A stretch of 64,000 nt of DNA, from assembly GCA_951406725.2 (NCBI GenBank), contig OX597823.1, forward strand, positions 115,816,001-115,880,000. The letters run 5' to 3'. Below the pieces are notes generated by a model that searched no databases, had not been told where the DNA came from, and saw nothing but the letters and a program-made list of their open reading frames with translations. Shown in pieces: positions 1 through 13,157 of the stretch. How positions within the stretch are numbered: the first letter of the stretch is position 1; each line of letters begins with the position of its first letter. Source of the DNA: Octopus vulgaris (lineage: Eukaryota). Position numbers and translations under genes: made by a program.

Positions 1-784
1 TCACTTCAATCAAGTTTTCTTCTCATCTACCAAGAATAGAATTCCTGCTTTTATGTTTCATATCTTAACAGATAATTATTGACCCTTTCATAATTCTATA
101 CTAACCTGATTTTTATTCTTGCTGATATTTTTCTCTTTCCATTTCTGACTAATTTCAAACAAAATGCCGCAATAGAAATGTGCTTTCTATAGAACTGATA
201 AAATATTTCCAGTTCTTTTAAGTTCTTTTTGTTTTTCCTCGCTGGTGTTTTCATTTTCTTATTCAATTCACAATGTATTTCCCTTCTGCCATGATGAAAC
301 TCATAAACCAGAGCCGGCTTAACTGATACAGAAAGTTGACATTGATTTTGTTTTGCCACATATCAAAACCAGCAGAGACCATAAACAATATGCTGATTTT
401 GAAAGATAGCAGAGTTCTTGTGTAGAGCTATAACTTTCATATTTATTTCAGTGTGCAGTGTGGTGACATTTATGCCTTTAGGTTACGTAACTGTGTGCAT
501 TTGTGACCGAGGCAAAGATTTGTATATGAAGATGAAGATGAATTATGTTCATTGGTTGAGGAGTAAAATCAGAGTACCAGTTTTAAGAATTGAATGTATC
601 ATTAGTCTGCTTGACAATAGATGTCACTTTGCTCCGCTTTGTGGTTGACTGTAGGAAAGCTGTCAGCTGCAAATATCAGCAAACTTAGAAGTAAAGATGC
701 ATGTGTTTAACTACCTCATCATGCTCGTTGTGTACTGGGAACAGAACAGAATAGCTGTCTTCTGATAAAAATATAAAGCAACTA

Positions 785-1235
785 AAGGCAGCAAGTTGGC
801 AGAAACGTTAGCATGCAGGGCGAAATGCCTAGAAGTATTTTGCGTGTCTTTACATTCTGAGTTCATATTCCACTATGGTTGACTTTGCTTTTCATCCTTT
901 TGGAGTCGATAAATTAAATACCAGTTGTGCACTGGGGTCGATGTAATCGACTTAATCCCTTTGTATGTCCTTGTTTGTCCCCTCTATGTTTAGCCCCCTG
1001 TGGGCAATAAAGAAATAAGAAATGTTAGCACACTGAGCGGAATGCTTAGCAGTCCTTCGTCTGCCATTACGTTCTGAGTTCAAATTCCACTGAGGTCGAT
1101 TTGCCTTTCATCCTTTCAGGGTAGCTAAATTAAGTATCAGTTGCGCACTGGGGTCGATGTAATTGACTTAATCCCTTTGTCTGTTCTTGTTTGTCCCTTC
1201 TATGTTTAGCCCCTTGTGGGCAATAAAGAAATAAA
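785..1235 (+). mobile_element. Tandem pair of Nin-domain-type SINEs (family B)
   Basis: Two consecutive ~220-bp copies with B-box-like GAGTTCAAATTCC and core GCCTTTCATCCTTTCGGGGTCGATAAATTAAGTACCAG; the motif recurs many times in the window. Confidence 0.8.
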
Positions 1236-1294
1236 AAATATAAAGCAACTTTGTTTCAGTATTTCTACAATTAATATATTCTAATTATGTAATT

Positions 1295-1490
1295 TTCGTT
1301 TCAAATTTTGTGACAAGGCCAGCAATTTGGGACGTGAAAGAAGTCAATAAAGCTGACCCCAGTGTTCAACAGGTACTTGTTTTATTGACCCCAAAAGGAG
1401 GAAAAGCAGTCAACCCTGGCAGCATTTGAACTCAGAAATGCCTCTAAGCATTTTCTCTGGCACAATAACCATTCTGCCAGCTCGATGCCT
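1295..1490 (-). mobile_element. Family B SINE, diverged
   Basis: Reverse complement of the family B core (gacccc...aaggaggaaaag...atttgaactcagaa). Confidence 0.7.
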
Positions 1491-1580
1491 TTTTCTAATT
1501 ATGTAATATTAATAATTAGCAATATAGAGGATGGCATTTAGTTATCAAATTCTCCTCAACAATTTCATACAATTTATCCA

Positions 1581-1755
1581 GGGGCAGGAGTGGCTGTGTG
1601 GTTAGAAGCTTGCTTACCAACCACATCGTTCTGGGTTCAGTCCCACTGTGTGGCACCTTGGGCATGTGTCTTCTATTATACCCTCAGGCCGACCAAAGCC
1701 TTGTGAGTGGATTTGATAGACGGAAACTGAAAGAAGCCCGTTGTATATATGTATG

Positions 1756-1790
<35 letters not shown>

Positions 1791-2010
1791 ATGTTTGTGT
1801 ATCTGTGTTTGTCCCCCCCCAACATCGCTTGACAACCAATGCTGGTGTGCTTACGTCACCATAACTTAGTGGTTTGGCAAAAAGAGACCAGAATAAGTAC
1901 TAGGCTTGCAAAGAATAAGTCCTGGAGTCGATTTTCTTGACTAAAGGCCGTGCTCCAGCATGGCCGCAGTCAAATGACTGAAACAAGTAAGAGAGTAAAG
2001 AGTAGAGAGT
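1581..2010 (+). mobile_element. tRNA-derived SINE family A (~430 bp, internal TA/TG microsatellite)
   Basis: Head GGAGTGGCTGTGTGG...GGTTCAGTCCC, central (TA)n(TG)n, tail GAAACAAGTAAAAGAG; more than 12 copies in the window. Confidence 0.88.
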
Positions 2011-2481
2011 GATTTATAGAAACAAATATTTGAATATGAATACCAAATTCTCCAAACACACGATGCAAATTATTAAAAGACTGTGAACAGTTCCATTGGA
2101 ACCTTTCACTGTTTTCACATCTTGTTCCCCTATTTCTTTGAAAAGAAATAATAATTGAATAAGATTGTTATAAACAAATTTACAAGAAGCTGAGTCCTTT
2201 CAGTATGAAACAGCTTTTACCAGTTTTACTCCCCATATTTCAATGTGTTGACTGAGTAACTCCAGTCACCTGTAATTGATCAAAGTATGCTATAGAACTG
2301 CTTGATTGAGTATTTGGTGATAACCCAAATAGAAAGGCATGTTTACAGATGAGCTTCGTTTAACTTTCCAGTTGCAATCGTCTTTTATACACAGCATTTA
2401 CTGACCCAGAATTTAGGTATCCTGATCTGTGTTGTCAGCACACAAAACATCCAAAACACACACACAACACACTCTTTTTTT

Positions 2482-2872
2482 TTACTTGTTTCAGTCATTT
2501 GACTGCGGCCATACTGGAGCACCGTCTTTAGTCAAGCAAATCGCCCCCGGGACTTATTCTTTGTAAGCCTACTACTTGTTCTATCAGTCTCTTTTGCCGA
2601 ACTGCTAAGTTACGGGGGACGTAAACACACCACCATCGGTTGTCAAGCGATGTTGGGAGGACAAACGCAGACACACAAATACACAAACACACATATATAC
2701 ATATATACAACAGGCTTCTTTCAGTTTCCGTCTACCAAACCCACTCACAAAGCTTTGGTCGGCCTGAGGCTATAGTAGAAGATACTTGTCCAAGGTACCA
2801 TGCAGTGGGACTGAAATCGGAACCATGTGGTTCATAGGCAAGCTACTTACCACACAGCCACTCCTACACCTC
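2482..2872 (-). mobile_element. SINE family A
   Basis: Full reverse-complement copy of 1581-2010. Confidence 0.88.
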
Positions 2873-3336
2873 TTTAAGATTACATGAAATGAAATGTGTA
2901 ACGTTGAAACCGTAAAAAACAATTTGGTTTACCTGATTAGTTTTCTAGAAGGAGCAAGAACCATGTTTATCTGAAACGTCATGGTCCAGGGTAGTAATTC
3001 TCAACAGTTAAGTCTAGTTCTAAGTAGGTACCAGGTACAGATATAATTTACCATTGGTTTTAGATCACAAGGAGCAAATAAAGAAATAAAGATAATAATA
3101 ACTTGAGATGAAGATGTGAAATTTTCAGAATTAACATGAAAAAATATTTGTAAAAATTTATAAAAATTTATAAAAAGCATAGGAGTGGCTGTGTGGCAAG
3201 TAGCTTGCTTACCAACTGCATGGTTCTGGGTTCAGTCCCACTGCATGGCACCTTGGGCAAGTGTCTTCTACTATAGCCTTCGACCAACCAAAGTCTTGTG
3301 AGTGGATTTGGTAGACAGAAACTGAATGAAGCCTAT

Positions 3337-3347
3337 CATATATATGT

Positions 3348-3409
<62 letters not shown>

Positions 3410-3487
3410 ATATATATATACATATATGTATACATATATATATACATATATATATATATATACATATATGTATACATATATGTATAC

Positions 3488-3518
<31 letters not shown>

Positions 3519-3781
3519 CATATATGTATACATATATGTATACATATATATATACATATATATATATATACATATATGTATACATATATATATATATATA
3601 TATATACATATATGTATACATATATGTATACATATATGTATACATATATATATATACATATATATATATATACATATATGTATACATATATGTATACATA
3701 TATATATACATATATATATACATATATGTATACATATATGTATACATATATATATATACATATATATATACATATATATAC

Positions 3782-3812
<31 letters not shown>
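3337..3812. repeat. Compound (TA)n/TATACA/TGTATA microsatellite
   Basis: About 475 bp of alternating purine-pyrimidine repeat. Confidence 0.97.
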
Positions 3813-3813
<1 letters not shown>

Positions 3814-4850
3814 CACCATCCAATCGTGGCCGTTCGCCAGCCTCATCTGGCACCTGTGTCGGTGGCACATAAAAACACCAACCGAAGACCCGGCAAGACT
3901 AGTCAGGCCATAACCCGGGGCCCCTACCTGGGACGTAGTCAGTCCACCTGTGCATACCTTCCTTCCTTCTTGTGACACTTGTGAAGACCTGTGAAGACCT
4001 GTTGAGGCAAGTGAAAATCAAATCAAATCAAATCAAAAATAGATGAACATCAATGGAATTTGTATCTTTGTGGTACCAGTGCCGGTGGCACACAAGAAAA
4101 CCATCCGAACGTGGCCGTAGCCAGTACCGCATCGACTGGCCTCCGTGCTGTGGGCACATAACAAACACCATCCGATCGTGGCCGTTCGCCAGCCTCATCT
4201 GGCACCTGTGTCGGTGGCACATAAAAACACCATCCGAAGACCCGGCAAGACTAGTCAGGCCATAACCCGTGGCCCCTACCTGGGACGTAGTCAGTCCACC
4301 TGTGCATACCTTCCTTCTTGTGACACTTGTGAAGACCTGTTGAGGCAAGTGAAAATCAAAACAAATCAAAATAGATGAACATCAATGGAATTTGTATCTT
4401 TGGGTACCAGTGCCGGTGGCACACAAGAAAACCATCCGAACGTGGCCGTAGCCAGTACCGCATAGACTGGCCTCCGTGCTTTGGGGACGTAACAAACACC
4501 ATCCGATCGTGGCCGTCCGCCAGCCTCATCTGGCACCTGTGTCGGTGGCACATAAAAACACCATCCGAGCGTGGCCGTCTGCCAGCCTCGTCTGGCACCT
4601 GTGTCGGTGGCACATAAAAACACCATCCGAGCGTGGTTCGCCAGCCTCGTCTGGCACCTGTGTCGGTGGCACATAAAATCACCCACTACACTCTCGGAGT
4701 GGTTGGCATTAGGAAGGGCATCCAGCTGTAGAAACACTGCCAGATCTGACTGGCCTGGTGCAGCCTTCGGGCTCCCAGACCCCAGTTGAACCGTCCAACC
4801 CATGCTAGCATGGAAAACGGACGCTAAATGATGATGATGATGATGATGAT
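3813..4850 (+). mobile_element. RTE-LINE 3'UTR-derived composite with ~60-bp and ~330-350-bp tandem units and an (ATG)n tail
   Basis: 3885-4020 matches the reverse complement of the sequence just 3' of the RTE ORF at 41200-41330. It ends in GGAAGGGCATCCAGCTGTAGAAAC...CCCATGCTAGCATGGAAAACGGACG(ATG)n. Confidence 0.75.
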
Positions 4851-5269
4851 GATATATATATATATGTTTGTGTGTCTGTGTTTGTCCTCCCCAACACTGC
4901 TTGACAACTGGTGCTGGTGTATTTACATCCCTGTAACTTAGCGGTTCAGCAAAAGAGACCGATAGAATAAGTAGTAGGCTGACAAAGAATAAGTCCCGGG
5001 GTCGATTTGCTCAACTAAAAGGCAGTGCTCCAACATGGCCACACTCAAATGATTGAAACAAGTAAAAGATTAAAGAGTAAAAGAGGAAATTACTGAGGCA
5101 GGTGCAAATATTGATGCTGATTATGCACTGAAAAGAGATCAATATAAAATAAAAGAATAAATGTTATTGGTTATGGATCTGGTAGTCTATCACTGCACTT
5201 CTTAGTTTTGAGTTCAGTTCAACTGTGTGGCATTTTGAGCATGTTTCTTCAACTGTAGCCCAAGGTCAA

Positions 5270-5700
5270 CCAGACTGGACATTGTTGTTTGGGATTGACA
5301 AAAAGCTTGTATACTGTCATAGAGGTCAGCTGTTCTGCTGATGTGAATATCTCTTTGGAAATCAAAAAGGAGGAGGATAACTATGGACAACTGCTTTGAA
5401 ATCCCCAGCTTCTCTATCCAAATTATAAATTACGATTTATACCAATAATAATTATTGCACTTGGTTTTCTGAGTAAATGCCTGAGTGACAATTTGGATAA
5501 GTTAGGGCTTTCAGAAAAAGAAATCAACCAGCTGACTTCCACCTTACAAATCTGAAGGTGGGAAGAGTAAGAATTTGCCTGACTTTTCTCAAGTTCAAAA
5601 TGTGACATTGTTTACATTACCTACATTCCAAAGATGGCACTTTATCTTTGTTAGAAATCAGCTCCTTCTTCAGAAGAAGAATTTAAATAATTAAAAACAG
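5270..5700 (+). mobile_element. Degenerate 3' end of a REL-endonuclease LINE (Dong/R4-like)
   Basis: Remnant peptides RLDIVVWD..IEVSCSADVNI..YKLRFIPIIIIALG with stops, followed by (TACA)n. Confidence 0.65.
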
Positions 5701-5811
5701 AAGAGTACATACATACATACATATACACATACATACATACGTACGTACATACATACACACAAACAAACAAACCTGCATGTGCACCAACTCCAGATGCTGC
5801 GCATATACACC

Positions 5812-6700
5812 TGTAGAGGGTCAGTGAATATATTGTTGTCTAAATTACACAAAAATGAGAATAACACTGACATCTCATTTTAACAGATATATTTATCAAA
5901 ATTACATCAAAATATCTTGAAATACTAAAGGGTAAATTTATTCAATAAAATCGCCATTGGCTTAAACCACAGCCTCCAGACGACTTTCGAATCTCCTGCA
6001 ACTCTTCTGGACGATCTTCTTGTTTAAATTAGTGACTACTGCCATAATCTTTGCCTTTAGTTTATCTTTGGTGTTACAAAGAGTTTTGTTGGTCTCTCAC
6101 TCAACTGTGCCCTACACATACTAATCAAGGGGGTTGCAGTCTGGGGAGTTTTGTTGCCAGATGCTAGCAGTGGTGTGGTCGCAGAAATTGTCCGACAGCC
6201 ATGACTGGATTCTACTCCTTCTGTGGTATTGTGCAGAGTCCTGTTACCAGAATAGAGTCTTCCAGCAGCCACCCTCTTGACCTAGGTAGCACTACCCTCT
6301 CCAGGCACTTGATGTAGGCCTCTGTGTTGAGTCTGAAGCTGTGTAGGAAGATAATGAATGGAGGCATAACATTGACATCACTAGTGATCACTCCAAACAT
6401 CATGATGTTGACTGGATGTTTGATTTTTATCACTCTCAGTATATGTTTTGGGGATATGGCAAACCAACGCTTCTTCTCTGTGTTCACCATCTGGTCGTAT
6501 TGGAGCTTCCAGCAGTACAGCATGTCGTTTCCAAATTTCTGGCAGAGTGAATTGTGTCATGCTGTTGCTTTTCTCACAGACAGTGCCCAACTAACCCTAT
6601 TACCCTGTGTAGTCGACAAAATCAAAAACAAACAATTTGCATGAATGAAATGACAAAAAAAATAATAAAATGACAGCAGTTTACCCATTGCCCCCTGTAC
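5812..6700 (-). mobile_element. Tc1/mariner fossil (maT/DD37D-like)
   Basis: KHPVNIMMFGVITSDVNVMPPFI...YIKCLERVVLP, similar to the element at 62363-63605; degenerate TIR-like ends. Confidence 0.72.
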
Positions 6701-7093
6701 ATACAAAAATACCCTATTGTTGGTGTTTTAATTCCAATGAAGAAGCTTTGGATTGAGGTTAGAAACCAGCTCTTACTCTATGGCAAGAAATCTTGAAATA
6801 AAAACTGAATAATCACACACACACACACACACACACATACATAAATACATAAAACAAAACATACAAATCTGAACTCTCGAAATAAAACTGAATAATGATC
6901 ATACTTACATATATACATGATTCTTTCAGTTTCCATCTACCAAATCTAGCCATCAAACTTTGGTTGGATTAGAACTACAAGTTGAAAACACTTACCCAAG
7001 GTACCCCACTGTGTGAGGGGAAGCAAACTCATTAACCATATCTTCAAGTATATCGTTTTTTAAAAAATAATATCCAACTTTACTTTTGTTCAG

Positions 7094-7398
7094 TGTGGAG
7101 GCACATGGCTTAGTGGTTAGAGCAGCAGACTCGCGGTCGAAGGATCGCGTGTTCGAATCTCAGACCGGGTGATGTGTGTGTTTATGAGCGAAGCACCTAA
7201 GCTCCACGCGGCTCCGGCAGAAGGTAATGGCGAAACTTCTGCTGACTCTTTTGCCACAACTTTCTCTCACTCTTTCCTCCTGCATCTTGCAGCTCACCTG
7301 CGATGGACCGGCGTCCTGTCCAGGTGGGGAACCTATACGCCAAGGAAACCGGGAAACCAGCCCTTATGAGCCAGGCTTGGCTCAAGAAGGAACAAACA
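7094..7398 (+). mobile_element. tRNA-Arg-like SINE family C with a V-domain-like core
   Basis: TGGCTTAGTGGTTAGAGC...CTCGCG...GTTCGAATC head and CCTGCGATGGACCGGCGTCCTGTCCAGG core; reminiscent of octopus OR-type SINEs. Confidence 0.82.
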
Positions 7399-8029
7399 TA
7401 ATCATGTTCTGAGTGAGTATGAAGGGGTGGCTTAGATACATTCATTGATTTATACCACTAAGTCATGAGTATGAAGTGGAGGTACATCCCGTGGCTGTTA
7501 GAGGTAGGAACACGAAAGGAAAAAAAGGGAGAGTGAGGAAGTTGCTATGTTGTGCTCTGAGTCAACCACAGGTTAATGAAAAAAGACTGGATATCATTAG
7601 TAGCATTATGATTGAAAATATGCAAAATAAAAAAAATTCCTTGGGGATTTCTCTTGCAGTTCAGGTAATTGTTTGTTGAAGACCAAAATAAACTAACTCT
7701 GATGTTTTATACTGAATTATTATTTTTTTTATATTGCAAATGAATAGCAATTGTTATTTTATATTACTTTCTGTTTGTGTGTGTTTATTCCACAGATTGT
7801 GTGAGCAAGTACGTAAAGTGTGTAATGGTTATACATATGTGTGTGTATATATGTATATATATACATGCACTTACTCACACATACATATGTGTAGAAATAT
7901 ACACACATACAAATGCATACTCTTGTTACATGCTCATGCACGCATATTTAATATATTAAATGTACATCAGAAAGTACTGTTATATAAAATTGTTATACAT
8001 TTACAAATTAAAAAGTAATTCAATAAATG

Positions 8030-8171
8030 TATGTATTTTATATGCATATACATACGTGTTTGTGTGTGTGTATCTCTGTATATGAGTTTGTATAAATACA
8101 GATATATATGTGTGTGTGTGTATGTGTTCAGATATGTGTGTGTGTACAGATATTATACACACACACACACA

Positions 8172-8219
<48 letters not shown>

Positions 8220-8425
8220 TATATATTTATATGTATGTATATTTATATATATATATATTTACATATATATATATATACATATATATATGCATGTATATTT
8301 ATATGTGTGTATGTATCTATTTATATATATATATGTATGTATATATATATATATTATATGTATGTATATTTATATGTATGTATATATATACACACGGATA
8401 TTCTGTATACATACATATGTACGTA
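8030..8425. repeat. Compound TA/TG/CA microsatellite
   Basis: Direct inspection. Confidence 0.95.
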
Positions 8426-9006
8426 TTAACCAAATGAAAGCAGACTAATGCATTGCAGATAGAATGTGAATGAAATGAATGACGTAAAGTAAATTAATAA
8501 CGAAGCGAAGAATTAGATATCAGGTGTTACTTAGAAGACAAAACGATGCAAGATGTTGTTGTGGAACTCTGTAATTCTTCAATATTGTGCAAATGGTGCC
8601 ATGATGCCATCAAGTTACTTCTATTCTTATCTATAACATTTAATAATCATCTTCTCCTACTTATCCTTGTTATTATTGATTTTTTTTGTTTTTAATTCAC
8701 TTTTCCTGGTTTTAAAAGATCATACTCAAAATTAACTCCATTTCTATTGCTGAGAAATTCTTCTGCAAATCCTAACCCTTTTTTTTTTTTCTTACTTTGT
8801 ATCAAACTACCTCATACTTTGATCCCTTAACCCCCTCCTGCCTTCACCCATCGGTCATTGCCCTTATTTCTATTTGCTTCTCTCACTATAATGGTTCTCT
8901 CACCTCTCTTGTCTTCTTTAATTAATACTTCAACCACTTGCACATAACTTTCCATAGTCATTTCCTTTGATTCACTTTAATATTATAGCCTCTCCTACTG
9001 AATCTC

Positions 9007-9012
9007 ATATAT

Positions 9013-9063
<51 letters not shown>

Positions 9064-9130
9064 TTTATATATATATATACATATATATATACATATATAT
9101 ATATATATTATATATTTTATATATATATAT

Positions 9131-9222
<92 letters not shown>

Positions 9223-9272
9223 TTTATATATATATATATTATATATTTTATATATATATATACATATATACG

Positions 9273-9330
<58 letters not shown>

Positions 9331-9447
9331 TATATACATATACATGTATACATATATATACATATATATATGTATACATATATATACATATATATATATA
9401 TACATATACACATATATATATATAAATATATATATATGTGTATATAT
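9007..9447. repeat. (TA)n-rich microsatellite
   Basis: Direct inspection. Confidence 0.97.
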
Positions 9448-10489
9448 GAGGGTATGTATGTGTGTGCTGTAGTTTGCCATCAATCCTCAAATGCAGTCGC
9501 ACAAATGCACAAACACTATAATCTACCTTGTCCTCGAAACATTCACTTTACAAAAACTAATCATTTGTTCGGGGAATGTGAGACTTTGATGTGGCTACTT
9601 CTGACAGGTTAATCATGAAATAACTGAAATATTTCCCAGTTTTCGAAACTTGTAATTTTATAGCCTGAGGTATTTTTTTTTTTTTTAAATTCATTCAAAG
9701 TAACAGATTTGTTTTTACCATATTGCAGCTAATTGTAACAGTTTAGAACTATTTGATTTTGATATATTTTTAGCATTTTCTTTTTTCTTTTGTTTTTCCC
9801 TTAATTTCAGGTTTCTTTCTAACATTAGAAATAATTGAGTCGTTAATTACTAATTGTCAGTACTTTCCTTAAGTATTCATTTTGTACCACTCTCTCTTCT
9901 TTCATTTGCTGGGATTTAATTTGTGGTCATTATCAAAAAGATGAGATTTCTGTAGCTGAAAGATATATGATTAGTTGAGGGAGTAATTTTCAGGTGAAAT
10001 AATTAGTTACTACTCACAGGTAGCCTTAAAGCTGTACAATAGCATCTTTACCTGTTCTTTTTTTTTTTTTTTTGAAAGAGATACACTTTGATATGTCTTA
10101 ATTTAATGGTGGAATGAACTTTTTGACATGTTTATACCTTCTTTATGATTCCAAGCAGAAACTCCAATTGGACTATTCATAGGATTTTCGAATATAGAAC
10201 CACCATATTATGGTTCAAGGTACAAAATCAATTAATTTCTGACTTTAGCACACAAAATCTCACATATTTCAAAGAGTTGTTATTGTCAAGAAATTATCGC
10301 TCAACATACTACTCTTTTGTTTTTCTGTCAATTCTGAGATTTGAACTCAGAACAAACAGGCATCTAAATAAATGCTTCAAGATGTTTTAGTCTGGTGCTT
10401 ATCATTTCTTCCATACCACGAGACTTACCACAAGAATAATTGTTACAAATTTCGACGCAAGGTCAACAGTTTTAGGGGGATGCAGTATA

Positions 10490-10713
10490 TTCTTTTACTC
10501 TTTTACTTGTTTAAGTAAATTTGACTGTGGCCATGCTGGAGCACCACCTTTAGTGGAGCAAACCAACCCCAGGACTTATTCTTTGTAAGCCTAGTACTTA
10601 TTCTATTGGTCTCATTTGCTGAAGCACTAAGTTACGGGGACGTAAACACACCAGCATCAGTTGTCAAGTGATGTTGGGGGGACAAACACAAACACACAAA
10701 CATATACACATAC

Positions 10714-10756
<43 letters not shown>

Positions 10757-10922
10757 TATACGACGGGCTTCTTTCAGTTTCCGTCTACCAAATCCACTCA
10801 CAAGGCTTTGGTCTGCCCGAGACTATAGTAGAAGACACTTGCCCAAGGTGCCATGCAATGGGACTGATCCTGGAACCATGGGGTTGGTAAGCAAGCTACA
10901 TACCACACAGTCACTCCTACAC
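10490..10922 (-). mobile_element. SINE family A, nested in a family B SINE (~10435-11080)
   Basis: Full reverse-complement family A copy, with family B pieces on both sides. Confidence 0.85.
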
Positions 10923-12207
10923 CTTAAGATCAGTGCTTGGCTGCACTTTATTTTATAGACCCCAAAAGGATAACAGGTAAAGTTGACTTTGGCAGGATTT
11001 GAACTCAAAATGTGAAGTGTTGAAAATAATTTTGCTAAGCATTTTGTCTAATGTATTAATGATTCTGCCTGACCACCACAATGATAATTAATAACTGGTT
11101 GTTATTATTCGTGCCACTGATGACGGGGTCAGAATTGATCCCTATGCATGGGTGAAGAATTTCCTAAAAACACTACACTGAGTTTATAGTTCATTCAGTA
11201 TTTGGATGTCCACTGGTACTAGTTATAATATCAACAACAGCATAGTTAATAACTATTTCTAGGTTAAACTGTGGCCTCTTCATTTTAGAGTTACAGACCT
11301 GTACTGTCAAGGAGAAACACCATATTGATTGTTGCAAACACATGACTCAGGAGTCTCCTGCTGTGTCACTTAAACTTTGAGTACCGTTTGTGTGTGTGTG
11401 TGTGTGTGCTTGTATGTTGATATATATATATGTACATTTATAAACCATGACATTCAAATATATATTACATAGCAATATATATGTCTTGCAAACAACTTGC
11501 ACATGCAAGTGATACCAGTCATAAACTCCGCATACTGGAAGCCATCAGGAGAAAATGCACACCATTTCGGGGCCTACCTCTCCAACGGCATCAATGCGCA
11601 CCGGCCCCTCTCAATGATATTAGGCCCCGCTTGCTAGATTAGCTGGTTATCAAATAAAGCTCAATATTCTTCTAGCCATTGCTCATCATCTCTTTTTAAC
11701 CAAATCCAGTGGTTAGCCTTCTCCACTGTAGATTGGATATCAGTCATGGTGGTATTGACTTTACGATGAGTTAGGCCTAACGATAACAACAGTCATCTCA
11801 CACTGTGTCCAACGAACCCTCTACATCCGACTTCGATTGCTTTCAATTCCCATACTCCAGACAGGCAGTGTGTTGTGTTCTTGAGCAAGACACACCATTT
11901 CACATTGATCCTGTCGGCTCAACTGCTAAAATGGATAACCTCACAACAGACCGATGTTTTGTTAAGGGAGAATATTGGCCTGCAACCTAGCCTGTTGGGT
12001 GGGATTTTTGGAAAGCTACAACAATGTGAAGAAGTGCATTGTGATCAGCAGTGTATAACAACATCCAGTACGATGGTCAATATAGTGGTATTTGTATATA
12101 TGCTCCAGAGATGGAAATACTCCAATTCTATAAAGCTAAAAATTGCAAACAAGGTACATGTGCCAGTGGCATATAAAAAGCACCCACTACATTCTCAGAG
12201 TGGTTGG

Positions 12208-12417
12208 GCTGTTCAAGAATTTGGACCTGGGGATCTCCATTCCCAGGGACTTCGAGGGTCACCTCCCAGTGGTGTCGAGCATCAACGAAGAGCCAACGAC
12301 TATAACAAGACAACCAAATTTTTTTATTCTTTTCCCAAGGTCTAGGGTCTCCGCCCCTAAGCCCTTGACCATCACCTAATCACCCTTACCCATCCTGTTG
12401 CTTAACAACAACAACAA
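12208..12417 (+). mobile_element. Short retroposed insert with (AAC)n tail inside an RTE-tail element
   Basis: 12-bp target-site duplication CAGAGTGGTTGG at 12196-12207 and 12418-12429. Confidence 0.78.
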
Positions 12418-12824
12418 CAGAGTGGTTGGCATTAGGAAAGGTATCCAGCTGTAGAAACCTTGCCAGATCAGATTGGAGCCTGGTGCAGCTTTCTGGCTTG
12501 CCAGTCTGCAGTCAAACCATCCAACCCATGCCAGCATGGAAAGTGGACGTTAAACGATGATGGTGATGATGATGATGATTCATTTCTACTATAGGTACAA
12601 GGCCTAATATTTGCGAGGATGGGGATAGTTAATTACATCAACCCAAGTACACAACTGATACTTATTTTATCAACCCCAAAAGGATGAAAGGCAAAGTCGA
12701 CCTTGGTGGAATTTGAACTCAGAATGTAAAGATGGGCAAAATGCTTCTAGGCAGTTTGCTGTCCATGCTAATGATTCTGCCAGCTTGCCAATGCTTCTTT
12801 TATCTTATATACACGTATTGCTTA

Positions 12825-13111
12825 CAAGTAATGTTTGTTGCCACTTCAATGTGGCTGTTCCGTTCCAATGGACATTGCTGTGATCTTTTAACTCCAAGAG
12901 GACGTTTCCTCTAGCTCGTTAATGATGCACACCTGCATCCAATATACTGCGAGCAGGGCAGGGAGCGAACTCTTCTTCCCTATTCACAATATATCAGATG
13001 CAGGTGTGCTTCATTAACCAGCCAGAAGAAGCGTCTTCTTGGGCTTAAGAATTTGCAGTAACAACCATTCAAATGGAACAGCCATGGTGAAGTGGTGACA
13101 AACATTACTTG
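12825..13111. repeat. 287-bp fold-back palindrome (probable palindromic MITE)
   Basis: Arms CAAGTAATGTTTGT...GCACACCTGCATC pair with GATGCAGGTGTGC...ACAAACATTACTTG; centre GAG-CGAA-CTC at 12963-12972. Confidence 0.88.
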
Positions 13112-13157
13112 CCAGTACAGCTACTGAATTCATCTCTAACAGATATTCTAGAACTAG

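Larger units (their letters stand above)
3178..5085 (+). mobile_element. SINE family A split by an expanded microsatellite and a nested RTE-3'UTR composite
   Basis: 5' half at 3178-3340, 3' half at 4855-5085. Confidence 0.85.

Noticed and set aside
3209-3978. Long Y/I/V/T-rich ORFs (also 8031-8448, 8967-9502, 56971-57527)
   Set aside because: They are translations of TA/CA microsatellites, which lack stop codons; not genes.
3813-4680. Repeated ~60-bp units with intervening sequence, superficially CRISPR-like
   Set aside because: Eukaryotic context, intervening segments are themselves duplicated, no cas genes; explained by the RTE 3'UTR.
6730-6812. AUGAAGA...AGAAACCAGCUC hammerhead-like string (similar at 5625-5690; UUGAUGA near 55905 minus)
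   Set aside because: Core and stem I are incomplete; more simply a degenerate retroelement 3' end.
7094-7170. tRNA-like cloverleaf (also at 49235-49290 and other SINE heads)
   Set aside because: The acceptor stem is not intact and the sequence continues into a SINE body, so these are not tRNA genes.
11111-11220. CUGAUGA followed by hairpin GGGGUCA/UGAUCCC
   Set aside because: No GAAA or stem III in the right position; at best a decayed hammerhead.
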